Shown here piece after piece: positions 8,401 through 18,794 of a stretch of 53,154 nucleotides of DNA. The stretch comes from a virus (Duplodnaviria > Caudoviricetes): the IMG/VR virus record IMGVR_UViG_3300011443_000017, positions 1-53,154 of that record; one strand, given 5' to 3'. The translations under genes were made by a program, and so were the position numbers. The notes below the pieces were generated by a model, which was given only the letters and a program-made list of their open reading frames with translations, was not told the DNA's origin and did no database searches. Position 1 is the first letter of the stretch. Each line of letters opens with the position of its first letter.

Positions 8401-10770
8401 ATGCCAGACCTACCTAGCGCCGGGGCAAAATTAGAGCTAGACCTCTCCGAGTGGGAGTCTAACTGGTCGTCTGTAATGGGTGACGCCTCCGATTTGCAGT
8501 CCACCTTAGACGACCTCTCAGGCAGTGTTGACGTAGATGTCAATCTGGACATTCCCGACACCAGCGCGATAGACGACCTGGAAGCCCTCGACGGCGAACA
8601 AATCAGCCCGGAAATTGACACCACCGAAAGCGAAGATAGCAAGGATATTCGCGACGGGATTATGTTTCTCGCCACCATGAAAGCGATTGAGGTCGCGATT
8701 AACGTAGTCGGTACGGCGCTCGATTTCATTAAAGCCGTTGGCAGCATGGTTGTAACGCCCTTCCTGGATGTCGAGGACGCGGTAGCGCGCATCAACGCGC
8801 AAACGGGCGGCACGGGGATCGAAGATTTAGATCAGTTCATCCGCGATATTCAAGCCGCTGATTTAGGTGACAGCGTCGAGCAAATCAGCGATGTCGTCAT
8901 TAAGGCCAAGCAGTTAGGCTTGCCGATTAAAGAAGCAACCGAATCGGCGTTATTGTTTACGCACACATGGGACGAAGACCCTAGTGCGATAGTCGGCGCA
9001 TGGGGGACGGCGCTGCAAACCGGCATTGTCGATACGATGCAGGAAGCTACCGACCTGATGACGGTGTTTTTCCAGCAGGGCGGTAATATCGGCGGCGATG
9101 CGGTCAACGTCGTACAGGATAACGCGCAGTCCTGGGCGGACATGGGTTTGAATATGGCGCAAGCCTTATCCATTATGGACAGCTTGCAGCAAGGCACGGG
9201 CGCAAGTGCTACCGACGCCGCCAAGATGATGCAGACCTTTGATGATGCGTTGACCGCCGCCGCCGCTGATCCGGCCTCTCAACAGGCTAAATTACTCAGT
9301 ATGATGGGTGTCGATAACCCGAAAGAACAGGGCGCGGCCATTGGCGCGGAAACCTTCAATGGATTTGCGGAAGAATTTGCAACGTTATCATCTGAAAACC
9401 AAGACCTGATTTCGGGAATGTTCTTTGGAAAAGGTGGTAAACGGTTCACAGGCGCAATCGGCGAAATGACTTCGGAGGGCGAACCGTTTAAGGATGTTGT
9501 TGACGCCGCCGCTCTTGCCGCCACCGAAATCGACAACAGCTTGCGCGGCGCGATTGATGATTTTGTGTTGGAAATTAACACCAAAATTAGTGAACTGCTG
9601 TCTTCAGATGCAATCGACTTGCCGGGAAAAATTCGCGATCTCAAAAAAGCATTACAGGAGGGGGTTGCGGTCTTGTCAGAGGGTGGCAACATCGGTGAGG
9701 CGCTAGAGGTTGCGCTCAATATTCCCGGCCTAGCAGAAACGATTGATACCGGATTAGCGAACATTGAACGCATCTTCGGTCAACTTGTGATTTCCTTGTT
9801 GGAAGTCGTTGCGTTCATTCAAGACCCACTCGGAACGAATGACAAAGACAAAGGCACACGCGCCGAAATTGCACGCTTGGCAACGCAGCAACTCCCGTTT
9901 GATTTGAAAGTCGCCAACCCGGACGAAGTCGCCGATGTCGTTAATCAGGCAGCGGCGCGCGGGGTGACCAATCTAGGCGGCGCACTGAATACCGCGATGG
10001 AAGAATTGATTGCGGGCGGCGATTTCAGTAAAGCGAAAGAGTTGCTAGGCGCGGTGATTTCTGATCCTACGGTATCTCCAGAGGCCGCATCCATCCTGTC
10101 TGACAAATTCAATACCATGATTACCGATGCACAGGCCGAAATTGCAGCGAAGATGACGACGGGCGAGAAAACGCAAGCATGGTGGGACTCATTCATGCAA
10201 CCGCCCGAAAAAGAAGGCGGGTTACTTGGCAGTCTGCAAGCCGATATGGACACGGCAATAGCGGACATCCAAACCAAAACCGACACGGCTACATCGAACG
10301 TCGCATCCGCGTGGAGTGATTTAGATATTCAACTTGACCCGACAGCGCAGGCGATAGCCGACACGGTGGGCAGCATTGCCACCGCCACCGAAGACGCCGA
10401 TACCCGCATCGCAACGGCGCTCACCGGAAACACCGTCACCGCATCGTTTGAAAGCGTCGGGTTAGCCGCTGAGTCGAGCTTCCCCGGCGTGATCGCGTGG
10501 TTTGAACAGACCACACAAGCCGCCGCGACAATGGACTCGCAAATTTCAAGCCGCATCCAACACCTGATTAACATCCTTAAAGACTTGCAGTTCCTATCGG
10601 CGCAGGTGTCTACCGGCGTGCAACAGGCCATCGCGTTGGGCGGGCAGTTGCCAAGCGGCGGCAACGTGACCAATAACAATGTGACCGTGAATAACAACGT
10701 CCCGAATAGCGCAGCGGCGGCGGCGGGCAGCTACGCACTTGGCGCAAGTTTACGCCCTGGAGGGGTTTAA
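8401..10770 (+). CDS. Tail tape measure protein
   Basis: About 790 aa, Ala/Asp-rich and helical, follows the chaperone, Asn-rich C-terminal NNVTVNNN. Confidence 0.85.
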   Translation: MPDLPSAGAKLELDLSEWESNWSSVMGDASDLQSTLDDLSGSVDVDVNLDIPDTSAIDDLEALDGEQISPEIDTTESEDSKDIRDGIMFLATMKAIEVAINVVGTALDFIKAVGSMVVTPFLDVEDAVARINAQTGGTGIEDLDQFIRDIQAADLGDSVEQISDVVIKAKQLGLPIKEATESALLFTHTWDEDPSAIVGAWGTALQTGIVDTMQEATDLMTVFFQQGGNIGGDAVNVVQDNAQSWADMGLNMAQALSIMDSLQQGTGASATDAAKMMQTFDDALTAAAADPASQQAKLLSMMGVDNPKEQGAAIGAETFNGFAEEFATLSSENQDLISGMFFGKGGKRFTGAIGEMTSEGEPFKDVVDAAALAATEIDNSLRGAIDDFVLEINTKISELLSSDAIDLPGKIRDLKKALQEGVAVLSEGGNIGEALEVALNIPGLAETIDTGLANIERIFGQLVISLLEVVAFIQDPLGTNDKDKGTRAEIARLATQQLPFDLKVANPDEVADVVNQAAARGVTNLGGALNTAMEELIAGGDFSKAKELLGAVISDPTVSPEAASILSDKFNTMITDAQAEIAAKMTTGEKTQAWWDSFMQPPEKEGGLLGSLQADMDTAIADIQTKTDTATSNVASAWSDLDIQLDPTAQAIADTVGSIATATEDADTRIATALTGNTVTASFESVGLAAESSFPGVIAWFEQTTQAAATMDSQISSRIQHLINILKDLQFLSAQVSTGVQQAIALGGQLPSGGNVTNNNVTVNNNVPNSAAAAAGSYALGASLRPGGV

Positions 10771-10773
10771 CAC

Positions 10774-12474
10774 ATGGCTGGTACATCACCGAATGCGATC
10801 CTACAAATCATTAAAGGCGTGGCGAAAGTCCCAGGCGATACCAACTCAGCGGAAACCGGACTCGACAGCATCAACTTGCTCGATCCGCTTGGATTTAGTT
10901 GCGACACTTACGATATTCAACTTCCGAATATGAAGGGGGGCGCAGTGTGGGCAGATAGCCCGCTTACCGATGGCCGAACCCTCATATCCGGCACATTAGG
11001 CAACGTGACTGAAACCCTGCGCATCCAATTGACGGCGGGAACGCTCGTGCAAATGAGTGCTATGTTGTCCAGGTTGGGACGCTTTCGACAGGATTGTAAT
11101 GATTTTTGGGATACCTTTGGGCAGATTGAACCTGTGTATATCAAGCATCAGGTGGAAGGCGAACCCGGCCCTCGTTATGCACTGCTCTATAACATTGAAA
11201 TCAATGTGGAAAGCCCGATTGACCCCGGCGAATCGAATCGCATGGTGACGCTTTCGATTGAGCGTGAGTATGGTTGGCGCGGACTTGCACCGGGGGATAA
11301 CCCGAAACGGTGGGCAATTGAGAATGTGTTCAGCGGTCAAAAATTTAATAGCAATACCGCTGATTTGATGTCGGGAAATAACTTTCTGCATTATGAAACT
11401 GACATCTGGAATCGCGCCGAGTTACGTACTACACAAAACGGATACAACGTCAAGAACTTTGTAGTTATTCCGGGGTCGCGTATTCCTGGTGATTTGCCAG
11501 CTTTACTATGCTTGTCCTATACCCGTTCCCAAACCGATATTACCGACTCTAACTTGATTATCTCCAAAAATACCAAGTCAGACACAACTAATATCAACCG
11601 TACGACAAGCACGAATCAGATCATGATTCATGTATTCAACGCGGCAGACGCATCATTAGGAACAGACACGACACTCGCGGCAGATACCGGCGCGAGTAAA
11701 GGCATAACAGGGTTACAGCGACGGTCACAAACCACGTTTGCAACCGCTACGCTCATTTCACGGTTAGCGTGGGCATCAGCACAGTATTCCACGAACAAAT
11801 TGAATTTATCTGTTTTGCGCGGGCGCTATGCGGTATTTGCACGGGCGCGCGTCTCGGCAGTGTCTACGACGTGTGTTCTACAACTCTATATAACTGAAAC
11901 TGGCGGATTGGTTCAAGCCCTTACGCCTGTTACCTTTATTGATGATGGGTCATCTGGAACGGGTAACACGACTTGGTGGAGTTTGGCATATCTGGGGCAG
12001 GTTTCGTTACCGTCATCAGATCGTAAAACAATTGTTAGCGCCAATGGACTTGGAATCAATGTTGAAGAAAACGGGCTAGAAATCACGATTGCGCTATATG
12101 CAAGCCGGACAGCAGGCGCAGGGTCATTATACGTTAATGATCTTATTTTCATGCCCATTGATGAAGGCGCAACAATGTTAAGTTCAGCGGGCAATCTAGG
12201 CACGACCAACGGCGGCGCTGTGTATGATAATACGGGTTATTTGCGGCATGGTATGACCGGTGATATAGCGATCTCAACGACCAACGGCGCGGCTGAACTC
12301 AACCGGTTAGCCATGTCAGGAACACCGATATATTTGACGCCGGGTGTTGATAATCGTATTGAGTTTTTCAATTACGACGCTGCAACCAATCTTTCCCTGG
12401 CCGTCTTCGGTGGTGCAGGGGTAATTATCCGTGCAAGTATTGTGCCGCGCTGGTCGGGATTGAGAGACGTGTAA
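10774..12474 (+). CDS. Distal tail (Dit-like) protein with extended beta-rich region
   Basis: First gene after tape measure; PGDLPALL and IYLTPGVDNRI...IVPRW typical of Dit ends. Confidence 0.65.
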   Translation: MAGTSPNAILQIIKGVAKVPGDTNSAETGLDSINLLDPLGFSCDTYDIQLPNMKGGAVWADSPLTDGRTLISGTLGNVTETLRIQLTAGTLVQMSAMLSRLGRFRQDCNDFWDTFGQIEPVYIKHQVEGEPGPRYALLYNIEINVESPIDPGESNRMVTLSIEREYGWRGLAPGDNPKRWAIENVFSGQKFNSNTADLMSGNNFLHYETDIWNRAELRTTQNGYNVKNFVVIPGSRIPGDLPALLCLSYTRSQTDITDSNLIISKNTKSDTTNINRTTSTNQIMIHVFNAADASLGTDTTLAADTGASKGITGLQRRSQTTFATATLISRLAWASAQYSTNKLNLSVLRGRYAVFARARVSAVSTTCVLQLYITETGGLVQALTPVTFIDDGSSGTGNTTWWSLAYLGQVSLPSSDRKTIVSANGLGINVEENGLEITIALYASRTAGAGSLYVNDLIFMPIDEGATMLSSAGNLGTTNGGAVYDNTGYLRHGMTGDIAISTTNGAAELNRLAMSGTPIYLTPGVDNRIEFFNYDAATNLSLAVFGGAGVIIRASIVPRWSGLRDV

Positions 12475-12475
12475 C

Positions 12476-13642
12476 GTGCCTAGTTATCCACACACACTGC
12501 ACATCTACGAAAAGCCCGCGCTCGGATCAGCTTACATTAAACACCTTAATACCTACAACTACCGCCATTCGATCAACGCTATCGGCGGGTTCGACACCGC
12601 CTCGTGCGACATTGCCGTCCGTTCGCGCGACGAAGGCCAGCAATTCCTTGACCAGTATTTAGGCAACCGGGTCGCGTTCTATGTGGACAATCCGGTAGAA
12701 CCGATTTGGGAAGGGTTCATCAACCGCATGACGTTCTCATCTGGCGGCGTGGAATACAGTATCAGCCTGGATGAAATGTCGAATTACGTCGTGACCCTGT
12801 ACACGACGACCAACACCAGTCCCGCCACCACCCAAAGCGCGGCGGCGCAGGACGCCGACTCGCAGGGCGTGTTTGGTATCAAAGAGGAACAAATCGACCT
12901 CGGTTTGATGCTGGCGGGAACGGGTGTAACCCTGATGCGGGACACGGTACTCGCTCAGCGTGCATGGCCGAAGTCGTCTATCCTGCCTGCGCAGGGCGGC
13001 GCGGGGCTGCTGCATCTCGAATGCTTGGGTTTTTACCACACGCTCGAGTGGGAAAACTACCGCGAAACCGGAACAGGCAGCGTCCAGCTTGGCAGCTTTG
13101 TCGATACGATTATCACCAACCTGCTCAATGGGACAACCTTCTTTGATAACGCCGATGTCAGTCTAACCGTTGCCAATGCCAACACAATCGACATCTTCAC
13201 GGCCAAAGGCGGTAGCACCTGGGAAACCCTGCTGAAAATCCGCGAGATCGGCAACGGCACAAACTATTATGTAATCGGCGTTACGCCAACCAATTTCCAG
13301 ACGGGTACGCGCCGCTTCTATTACACCACCGCCAGCACTACCGTTACCTACACCGCGCGCCAAAGCGACGGTCTGCGCATCCGCAATCTGTACGGTCAGT
13401 TGGTCGATCCCTGGAGGGTGCGCCCCGACACTGGAATCAGGGTGTCGGATATGCTCATCAGCTGGAACGGCATAGGCGACAATCCCACCGAAACCTATAT
13501 CATGAAAGTTGACTACGACGCCAACCGCCAAACCGCTATTTACGCGGGCGATGATGACTTGACTGCGGAGGGCGTGTTCAATCTCAAAACCTACAACAAA
13601 GCGCAGGGCAAACGGTTCGGCGCGGGGCGGCGGTTGTCATGA
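12476..13642 (+). CDS. Baseplate hub/tail tip (Tal-like) protein
   Basis: Follows Dit; GGFDTASC, IWEGFINR, SQGVFGIKE hub-like motifs. Confidence 0.6.
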   Translation: MPSYPHTLHIYEKPALGSAYIKHLNTYNYRHSINAIGGFDTASCDIAVRSRDEGQQFLDQYLGNRVAFYVDNPVEPIWEGFINRMTFSSGGVEYSISLDEMSNYVVTLYTTTNTSPATTQSAAAQDADSQGVFGIKEEQIDLGLMLAGTGVTLMRDTVLAQRAWPKSSILPAQGGAGLLHLECLGFYHTLEWENYRETGTGSVQLGSFVDTIITNLLNGTTFFDNADVSLTVANANTIDIFTAKGGSTWETLLKIREIGNGTNYYVIGVTPTNFQTGTRRFYYTTASTTVTYTARQSDGLRIRNLYGQLVDPWRVRPDTGIRVSDMLISWNGIGDNPTETYIMKVDYDANRQTAIYAGDDDLTAEGVFNLKTYNKAQGKRFGAGRRLS

Positions 13643-13725
13643 TTACGCTGCTTACCATGTTGATTATCGACGTGTACGCCCTGCTCATTTGCGCAGCGGT
13701 AATCACCCTCACAAAATACAACTAA
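13639..13725 (+). CDS. 28-aa hydrophobic peptide (not in ORF track)
   Basis: MITLLTMLIIDVYALLICAAVITLTKYN, coupled to the upstream gene by ATGA. Confidence 0.4.
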   Translation: MITLLTMLIIDVYALLICAAVITLTKYN

Positions 13726-13793
13726 ACACCAAACCGCCGCATGATAACAACACGCGGCGGCGGTAGTCAACGCTCACGAAGGGAGCGCCAACT

Positions 13794-14474
13794 ATGTCCA
13801 TTTTACTATCAAACCTGAAAGGCGGCATAATGCTACTCGCACAAATCCCCGCCGATAACTCGCTCAAGGTACTTACTGATGCGGGCGCGGTCTCGATCCT
13901 CGCGATTGCCCTGCTTGCGCTGGCCTATGCCTTACTCCAATCGCAGCGCAATAAAAGCCGGGACGAAGACGCCGAAAATTCGCGCCTGGATAAACTGATC
14001 GACAGTTTGCTATCGGTGTTCTCGGAACTCAAGAATGACCGCCTGGAACATCGCAAGGTGATCGCTGAGAACTCGGATACACAGCGCTTGGTTGTTACCG
14101 CGACCAATGAGCAAACCAGCGAAGTCCGTTTACTGCGTAAGGACTTTAGCAATTACCAGCAGCTACAGACCGAAACGGTTCAGAATGTGCGCGATGAACT
14201 CGTATCCTTCAAGGGCGAAATTCAGGACGCGATTAACAAAATGCTGGAACAAATCACGGTCACGAATGACTTCGTAGAGCAAGCCGTCAATGAACATCAG
14301 ACGATTATTGAGAACGGCAAAACCATCATTGCAACCGGGCGCGTATTGATCGACAAAGCAAACCATATTATCTCGCTGCTTCCCCCTCCCCCGTCGGCAA
14401 GCGTGATTAACATCAATACCGCTACCCCACCTGCCGCACCGTTGGATGAACTCCCAAAGGCAAGTGGGCAATGA
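13794..14474 (+). CDS. Single-TM coiled-coil protein, holin/lysis-accessory candidate
   Basis: TM AGAVSILAIALLALAYALL followed by a long coiled coil; precedes the putative lysin. Confidence 0.5.
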   Translation: MSILLSNLKGGIMLLAQIPADNSLKVLTDAGAVSILAIALLALAYALLQSQRNKSRDEDAENSRLDKLIDSLLSVFSELKNDRLEHRKVIAENSDTQRLVVTATNEQTSEVRLLRKDFSNYQQLQTETVQNVRDELVSFKGEIQDAINKMLEQITVTNDFVEQAVNEHQTIIENGKTIIATGRVLIDKANHIISLLPPPPSASVININTATPPAAPLDELPKASGQ

Positions 14475-15529
14475 GCGGCCTACGCATCGGCATTAACCTA
14501 CACCCGAAAGCACGTTCAGGTCAGGAACGCAGCGCCGCCGAAAAGATTTACCTTCCCCAATTTTTACGCCAGTTGAACCCGTCCGCAATCGTGGTCATGG
14601 ATGACTTCGCATTCGCTCAAGACATGCACAGCAACCTACCCAATACGGTTGTGGTGTATCGGCAATATAACCCCGCCGAAGGGCATTTGTGGAAAGTCAT
14701 CACGCCCGAACAATATGTCGCTAACCAGCGGGGCATCAGTAAGCCGGGAATGCCGCTGTATGTGATTAATGAACCGGATTCCAAAGCACCCAAAGACGAA
14801 CTGAACGATCACATCAAATGGATTGTCCGCGTGATGGAACTCTACGCGAATGCGGGGCTGCTGCTGTGCGTGGATAACTTGGGTATGTTCCACCCGGACT
14901 TATCCTGGTTCACTGATGCTTCCAAGTGGGCAGTCGTCAAACCGCTATTCGATGCCTTCAAACGTTACCCGCAACATTATTGGGGTTTGCATCCATATTG
15001 GGGTGAACCGGGATTGTTACCCGATGATCCTAGCGCCGCCTACCATCGCAAGATCGAGGCACAACTCAAGATGCGCGGGTATAACATGCCGCTGGTGATC
15101 TTCTCCGAAACCGGGCGCGATGCCCGCAATGGCAGCAAGACGAACGGTTGGAAAAGCGCGGGGCTGACTGAGGAGCAATACGCGGTGGAAATCATCAAGG
15201 CGCGCAACACACTCTGGACAGAACCGTACATCCGAGGCGCTGCGCTCTATTGCTATGGCAGCACTACCGACCAGTGGAGCGCATTCGACATAGAGGCGGC
15301 GAAAATCCTACACACGGCGCTCATCGGCGCAAACCAGACTGCGCAGCAACCGCCGCCGGTTGATCCGATACCGCCGATTTTATTTCCGCCCGAACCGCCG
15401 CCACTGCCCGCGCCGCCTGTCCTCGATACGATCTTTTGCGATGCACAAATCGCGGCGCTTGAATTACAAATCGCTGCTTGGAAACGCCTTAAGCAAAAGT
15501 TGGCTAGCCCAACTGAAAGCGCCGCCTAA
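14471..15529 (+). CDS. Clan GH-A-like glycoside hydrolase, putative endolysin
   Basis: INEPD (acid/base), GLHPY, FSETG (nucleophile), Pro-rich linker; sits between membrane proteins after the tail genes. Confidence 0.65.
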   Translation: MSGLRIGINLHPKARSGQERSAAEKIYLPQFLRQLNPSAIVVMDDFAFAQDMHSNLPNTVVVYRQYNPAEGHLWKVITPEQYVANQRGISKPGMPLYVINEPDSKAPKDELNDHIKWIVRVMELYANAGLLLCVDNLGMFHPDLSWFTDASKWAVVKPLFDAFKRYPQHYWGLHPYWGEPGLLPDDPSAAYHRKIEAQLKMRGYNMPLVIFSETGRDARNGSKTNGWKSAGLTEEQYAVEIIKARNTLWTEPYIRGAALYCYGSTTDQWSAFDIEAAKILHTALIGANQTAQQPPPVDPIPPILFPPEPPPLPAPPVLDTIFCDAQIAALELQIAAWKRLKQKLASPTESAA

Positions 15530-15596
15530 AAACGCGCCTACCCCTATCTACGTTAAGTTTTGCGCCATTCTAGGCGCTGTTTAGATTGGAGATACT

Positions 15597-16181
15597 ATGT
15601 TTCAAATTGAGAAATGGATTCTAGTCCTGGTCGTGATCCTTGCCCTGATGCTGCCCTTTGCTGCACTCGCGCAGGACACGCCCACCGAACCCGCGCCGAC
15701 TGAGGAAGTCGTTACGCCAACGGTAGAACCGATCATTGTCGAACCGCCGCCGCCTGACCCGGTAACGGAAGAACCCGGCGACCCGCCTGCGACTTCGCCC
15801 GAAAACCTGCTAGGGCAATTGTTTGCGTTGCTCAAAGATGCTACTTTTATAGCTTGGGCTGCTGCTGGCACGGTGGTCATTGTCGGACTGATTAAGGTGA
15901 TCGCATCCGCCGCCGGGGTTGCCATTACGGGCAATAGCGCGATTGCGGTAACGCTTGTGGTTCAGGTCATCATCTGGTTGACCTATTCGATTGCCAATTA
16001 CTTTGGGCAAGGCGAAGCGTTCAAAACGTGGTTCTTGTATCTCGCAGACGTAGCCCGGTCACTGCTGCCACTCGCGGGCGCAATCTTCGCCGGCCATGTT
16101 CTCTATCAGCAGGCGGCTAAACGTAACGTTCCGATTTTGGGATACAGCAAGAAAACGGCGGCTACACCTACCGCCGCCTAA
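15597..16181 (+). CDS. Membrane protein (signal peptide, Pro/Glu linker, about 3 TMs), holin candidate
   Basis: LPFAALAQD cleavage-like site, hydrophobic segments, basic C-terminus. Confidence 0.55.
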   Translation: MFQIEKWILVLVVILALMLPFAALAQDTPTEPAPTEEVVTPTVEPIIVEPPPPDPVTEEPGDPPATSPENLLGQLFALLKDATFIAWAAAGTVVIVGLIKVIASAAGVAITGNSAIAVTLVVQVIIWLTYSIANYFGQGEAFKTWFLYLADVARSLLPLAGAIFAGHVLYQQAAKRNVPILGYSKKTAATPTAA

Positions 16182-16237
16182 CCGCGCTACCGCGTCACCG
16201 TTGGCAGGGCTGCCCATAGAGCGCCCTGCCCCCAACT

Positions 16238-16501
16238 CTACACGCTGTCGAGTTGCTTTAGTATCTGCTGCATTTCTTTGCGTAGCAACTTGTAACCCGC
16301 CTGTTGTGCTTCTTCCATCGTGGTATATGGCTTTACTTTGGTATGAGCAAAATTACCAGATACGCGAACGTAAAACCCCGGTTCGGTTTTCCTCCAGGCT
16401 ACGGGATAATGGTCAATGATAATGTCCAGTAATCCAACACTTGCCTTCCATGAAGTGTAAGCATCAGTCCGACGAGCAATCGGTTTCCACGTAATAGCCA
16501 T
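16238..16501 (-). CDS. Hypothetical early protein
   Basis: GAGGGG SD before MAITWK; last gene of the leftward operon. Confidence 0.6.
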   Translation of the reverse strand: MAITWKPIARRTDAYTSWKASVGLLDIIIDHYPVAWRKTEPGFYVRVSGNFAHTKVKPYTTMEEAQQAGYKLLRKEMQQILKQLDSV

Positions 16502-16577
16502 AAATATCCCCTCGCATCCTTTCGCTACCGCAACCCTACTCGCTACCACGCCCCGCGCACCCCCGCCGCCGTTGGCG

Positions 16578-17162
16578 CTATTTCGCCGCGCCGGGTGCGG
16601 CTTGCTGCGCTTTGTACTCGCGTATCTTGTCTGCCGCGATTGCCGCGTTCCAGGCTACATTTGCGCTCCGTGTACCGTCGCCGATATGATCCCGGTTTTC
16701 AGGCAGTAACTTTGCAATATCATCCAACAGCGCCCGCGCCTGCGCAAGTTCGGCTTGCAGGGTCGCGATTTGCTGCTGTGCGTCCTGGTGCATTTCGTGG
16801 AATGAAATTGCGCCCTTTTGCGAGTTGAGTAACGCCGTTTGCAAGTTGCTGATAACATCCCACACGCTTTCAAAGTCGCCACTCGCCACATGATCCGCGA
16901 TGTAACCACGACTATAAACGCTCGCGTCGCCCGCTGCCGGTTGCGGCGCGCTGTCGGCGGGGGTTGGGATCGCGCCTGCGACTACCCGCCGCCCGTAGTC
17001 ACTCGCCATAAACATCTGGTAAGCAACGCGGTTCACTAACCCCATCTCGATCAACTCATCCGCTACTTTTTGCTGGCTTAAATAGAACAGCTTTGTCGGT
17101 TCGTCTAACACGTCTTCCAGTAACGCCTGCTGTTCCCCGTTTAATTCATCCCACGTAATCAT
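16578..17162 (-). CDS. Hypothetical protein (winged-helix-like N-terminus, coiled coil)
   Basis: VADELIEMGLV...ASDYGRRV winged-helix pattern. Confidence 0.6.
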   Translation of the reverse strand: MITWDELNGEQQALLEDVLDEPTKLFYLSQQKVADELIEMGLVNRVAYQMFMASDYGRRVVAGAIPTPADSAPQPAAGDASVYSRGYIADHVASGDFESVWDVISNLQTALLNSQKGAISFHEMHQDAQQQIATLQAELAQARALLDDIAKLLPENRDHIGDGTRSANVAWNAAIAADKIREYKAQQAAPGAAK

Positions 17163-17278
17163 ATCTCTACCCTTCTCGCCCGTTCGGGCAATCCCTTAAC
17201 TCAACAATATACACCCGCTCAAACCGCACCACGCGCACGAATGCCGCCCGCGCCGCATCCGGTAGCAGGCCGCGAAAC

Positions 17279-17491
17279 CTAGTCATCACTATCGTCGAAA
17301 ACCTTATACCCCATCCGTTCCAGTGCCATTCCGAACCTCACAAATGCCTCAAGTTCGGATGCTGGTTTCGGGTATAGTGGTACATGCGGGCGCGGTTTCG
17401 GCGGCGTTATTTTAGGCGTCTTGATTTTCTTCTTTGGTCGCCCATGTCCCTTGCTGTGCTTCCCCGTCCGGTTCGGTTTAAACTTTCCCAT
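17279..17491 (-). CDS. Small basic hypothetical protein
   Basis: MGKFKPNRTGKHSKGHGRPKKK; AGGGG SD. Confidence 0.5.
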   Translation of the reverse strand: MGKFKPNRTGKHSKGHGRPKKKIKTPKITPPKPRPHVPLYPKPASELEAFVRFGMALERMGYKVFDDSDD

Positions 17492-17496
17492 TGCCC

Positions 17497-17922
17497 CTAC
17501 CCCTTCAATTCCACAATGAACATATTCTGATCGGTCACGACCCGCTCGAAACAATCCCACGCCGCGCCAAGTTTCACGCCGCGCGGTAGCACAAACGCCC
17601 AACAATTCGCGCTCCAGGCTATCGCCGTTTTGCACGGTAGCACCTTGCCGACGGGCGTGATGCCATGCGCCAGCAGCAGCGCGCGCACGGTTTCCGCTGT
17701 CACAGGTTGCGGCGGTTTCGCTTGCATGGTCGCCTTAGCGCCCCAACCGCCGTAGGCTTTGCGTTCAATGTAGCCATGTCGCCACAGGAATTCAAGGTTT
17801 TCTTGATCCTCGAACGTCTGACAGCGCGCGTCCACTGACCACCAACCGGCGGCGATAATCGTGCGCAGCAAGGCGCTTTCGTCGGGAGTCAATTCGCGGG
17901 GTTTTGCTGTAGTGTAGGTCAT
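17497..17922 (-). CDS. Hypothetical protein
   Basis: Packed in the leftward operon. Confidence 0.55.
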   Translation of the reverse strand: MTYTTAKPRELTPDESALLRTIIAAGWWSVDARCQTFEDQENLEFLWRHGYIERKAYGGWGAKATMQAKPPQPVTAETVRALLLAHGITPVGKVLPCKTAIAWSANCWAFVLPRGVKLGAAWDCFERVVTDQNMFIVELKG

Positions 17923-18167
17923 CACAGGACACACTCCAAAGCAACCCACCCGGACATTGCGCACACGCTGAAATCGTAGGCGATGAACTCATACTCCACA
18001 AAGTAATTCGTTGTACCACAGAATTCCTCAATACGGGTCACGGTTGCGCCATAGACCACCTTGCCGCCGGGGGTGATGAAGTCGATTTGATCCCCTAGTT
18101 CGGGCGTCAACTCCCACGCGGTAATTGACGGACGGACGATTGTGTGCAAAAATTCATTCAGTGTCAT
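17922..18167 (-). CDS. Hypothetical protein
   Basis: GGAGGG SD; stop/start coupled. Confidence 0.55.
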   Translation of the reverse strand: MTLNEFLHTIVRPSITAWELTPELGDQIDFITPGGKVVYGATVTRIEEFCGTTNYFVEYEFIAYDFSVCAMSGWVALECVL

Positions 18168-18243
18168 GATTGTTTAGCCCTCCCAGGCTGATAATCGAAG
18201 CACGCGCCCGTGTGAACGACGGGCGTTGTGCTTTTAAGTACCG

Positions 18244-18492
18244 TTAGCTTTTTGCTGTTGACTTCTCGACAAGGAACTGACCGTAAGGCGTCAGTGCATA
18301 CCACGTTACCGTAGTCCACTTGTCGCCGATCAAATCTTCCTCAATATTGAACGGTTCGAGTAAATCCTTATCCCGTAGCCAGTTCAAGGTCTGAGTACGG
18401 AAATAACCTCGATTGGTGATACTGTCGCACTCGTAAGCCGCTACCAGGGCGGCGCGGCGCAGTTCTGTTAGTTCGCTCAAATCTTTAATCAT
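18244..18492 (-). CDS. Small winged-helix-like hypothetical protein
   Basis: TLNWLRDKDLLE...YALTPYG; AGGAGG SD. Confidence 0.6.
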   Translation of the reverse strand: MIKDLSELTELRRAALVAAYECDSITNRGYFRTQTLNWLRDKDLLEPFNIEEDLIGDKWTTVTWYALTPYGQFLVEKSTAKS

Positions 18493-18496
18493 CGCC

Positions 18497-18709
18497 CTAC
18501 CCTCCTATAGCCTTACATGGCACGTACTGAGTTAAATCCACATGCGGGTAATTCCGCTCCGAAAACGTGTACATCTGCATATTGCACCCGCTGTCCTTGC
18601 ACGTAATCAGCCACATCCCCTCGCGCCCCGGTAACAACGGTTGTTGCCATACCGCGTCCATCGGTTTCGCGCAGCAGCGGCATGGTGTGGTCGGTTTCGG
18701 TGGTTGCAT
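18497..18709 (-). CDS. Cys-rich (Zn-binding) hypothetical protein
   Basis: CRCC...CKDSGC. Confidence 0.5.
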   Translation of the reverse strand: MQPPKPTTPCRCCAKPMDAVWQQPLLPGREGMWLITCKDSGCNMQMYTFSERNYPHVDLTQYVPCKAIGG

Positions 18710-18794
18710 GGTATCCTATAGCCTCACTGGTTTCGAGTTGGTTGCCGGTGACGGCGGCGCTCATACTGTCGAAGGTGGGAGCGCCGCCTGCGTG

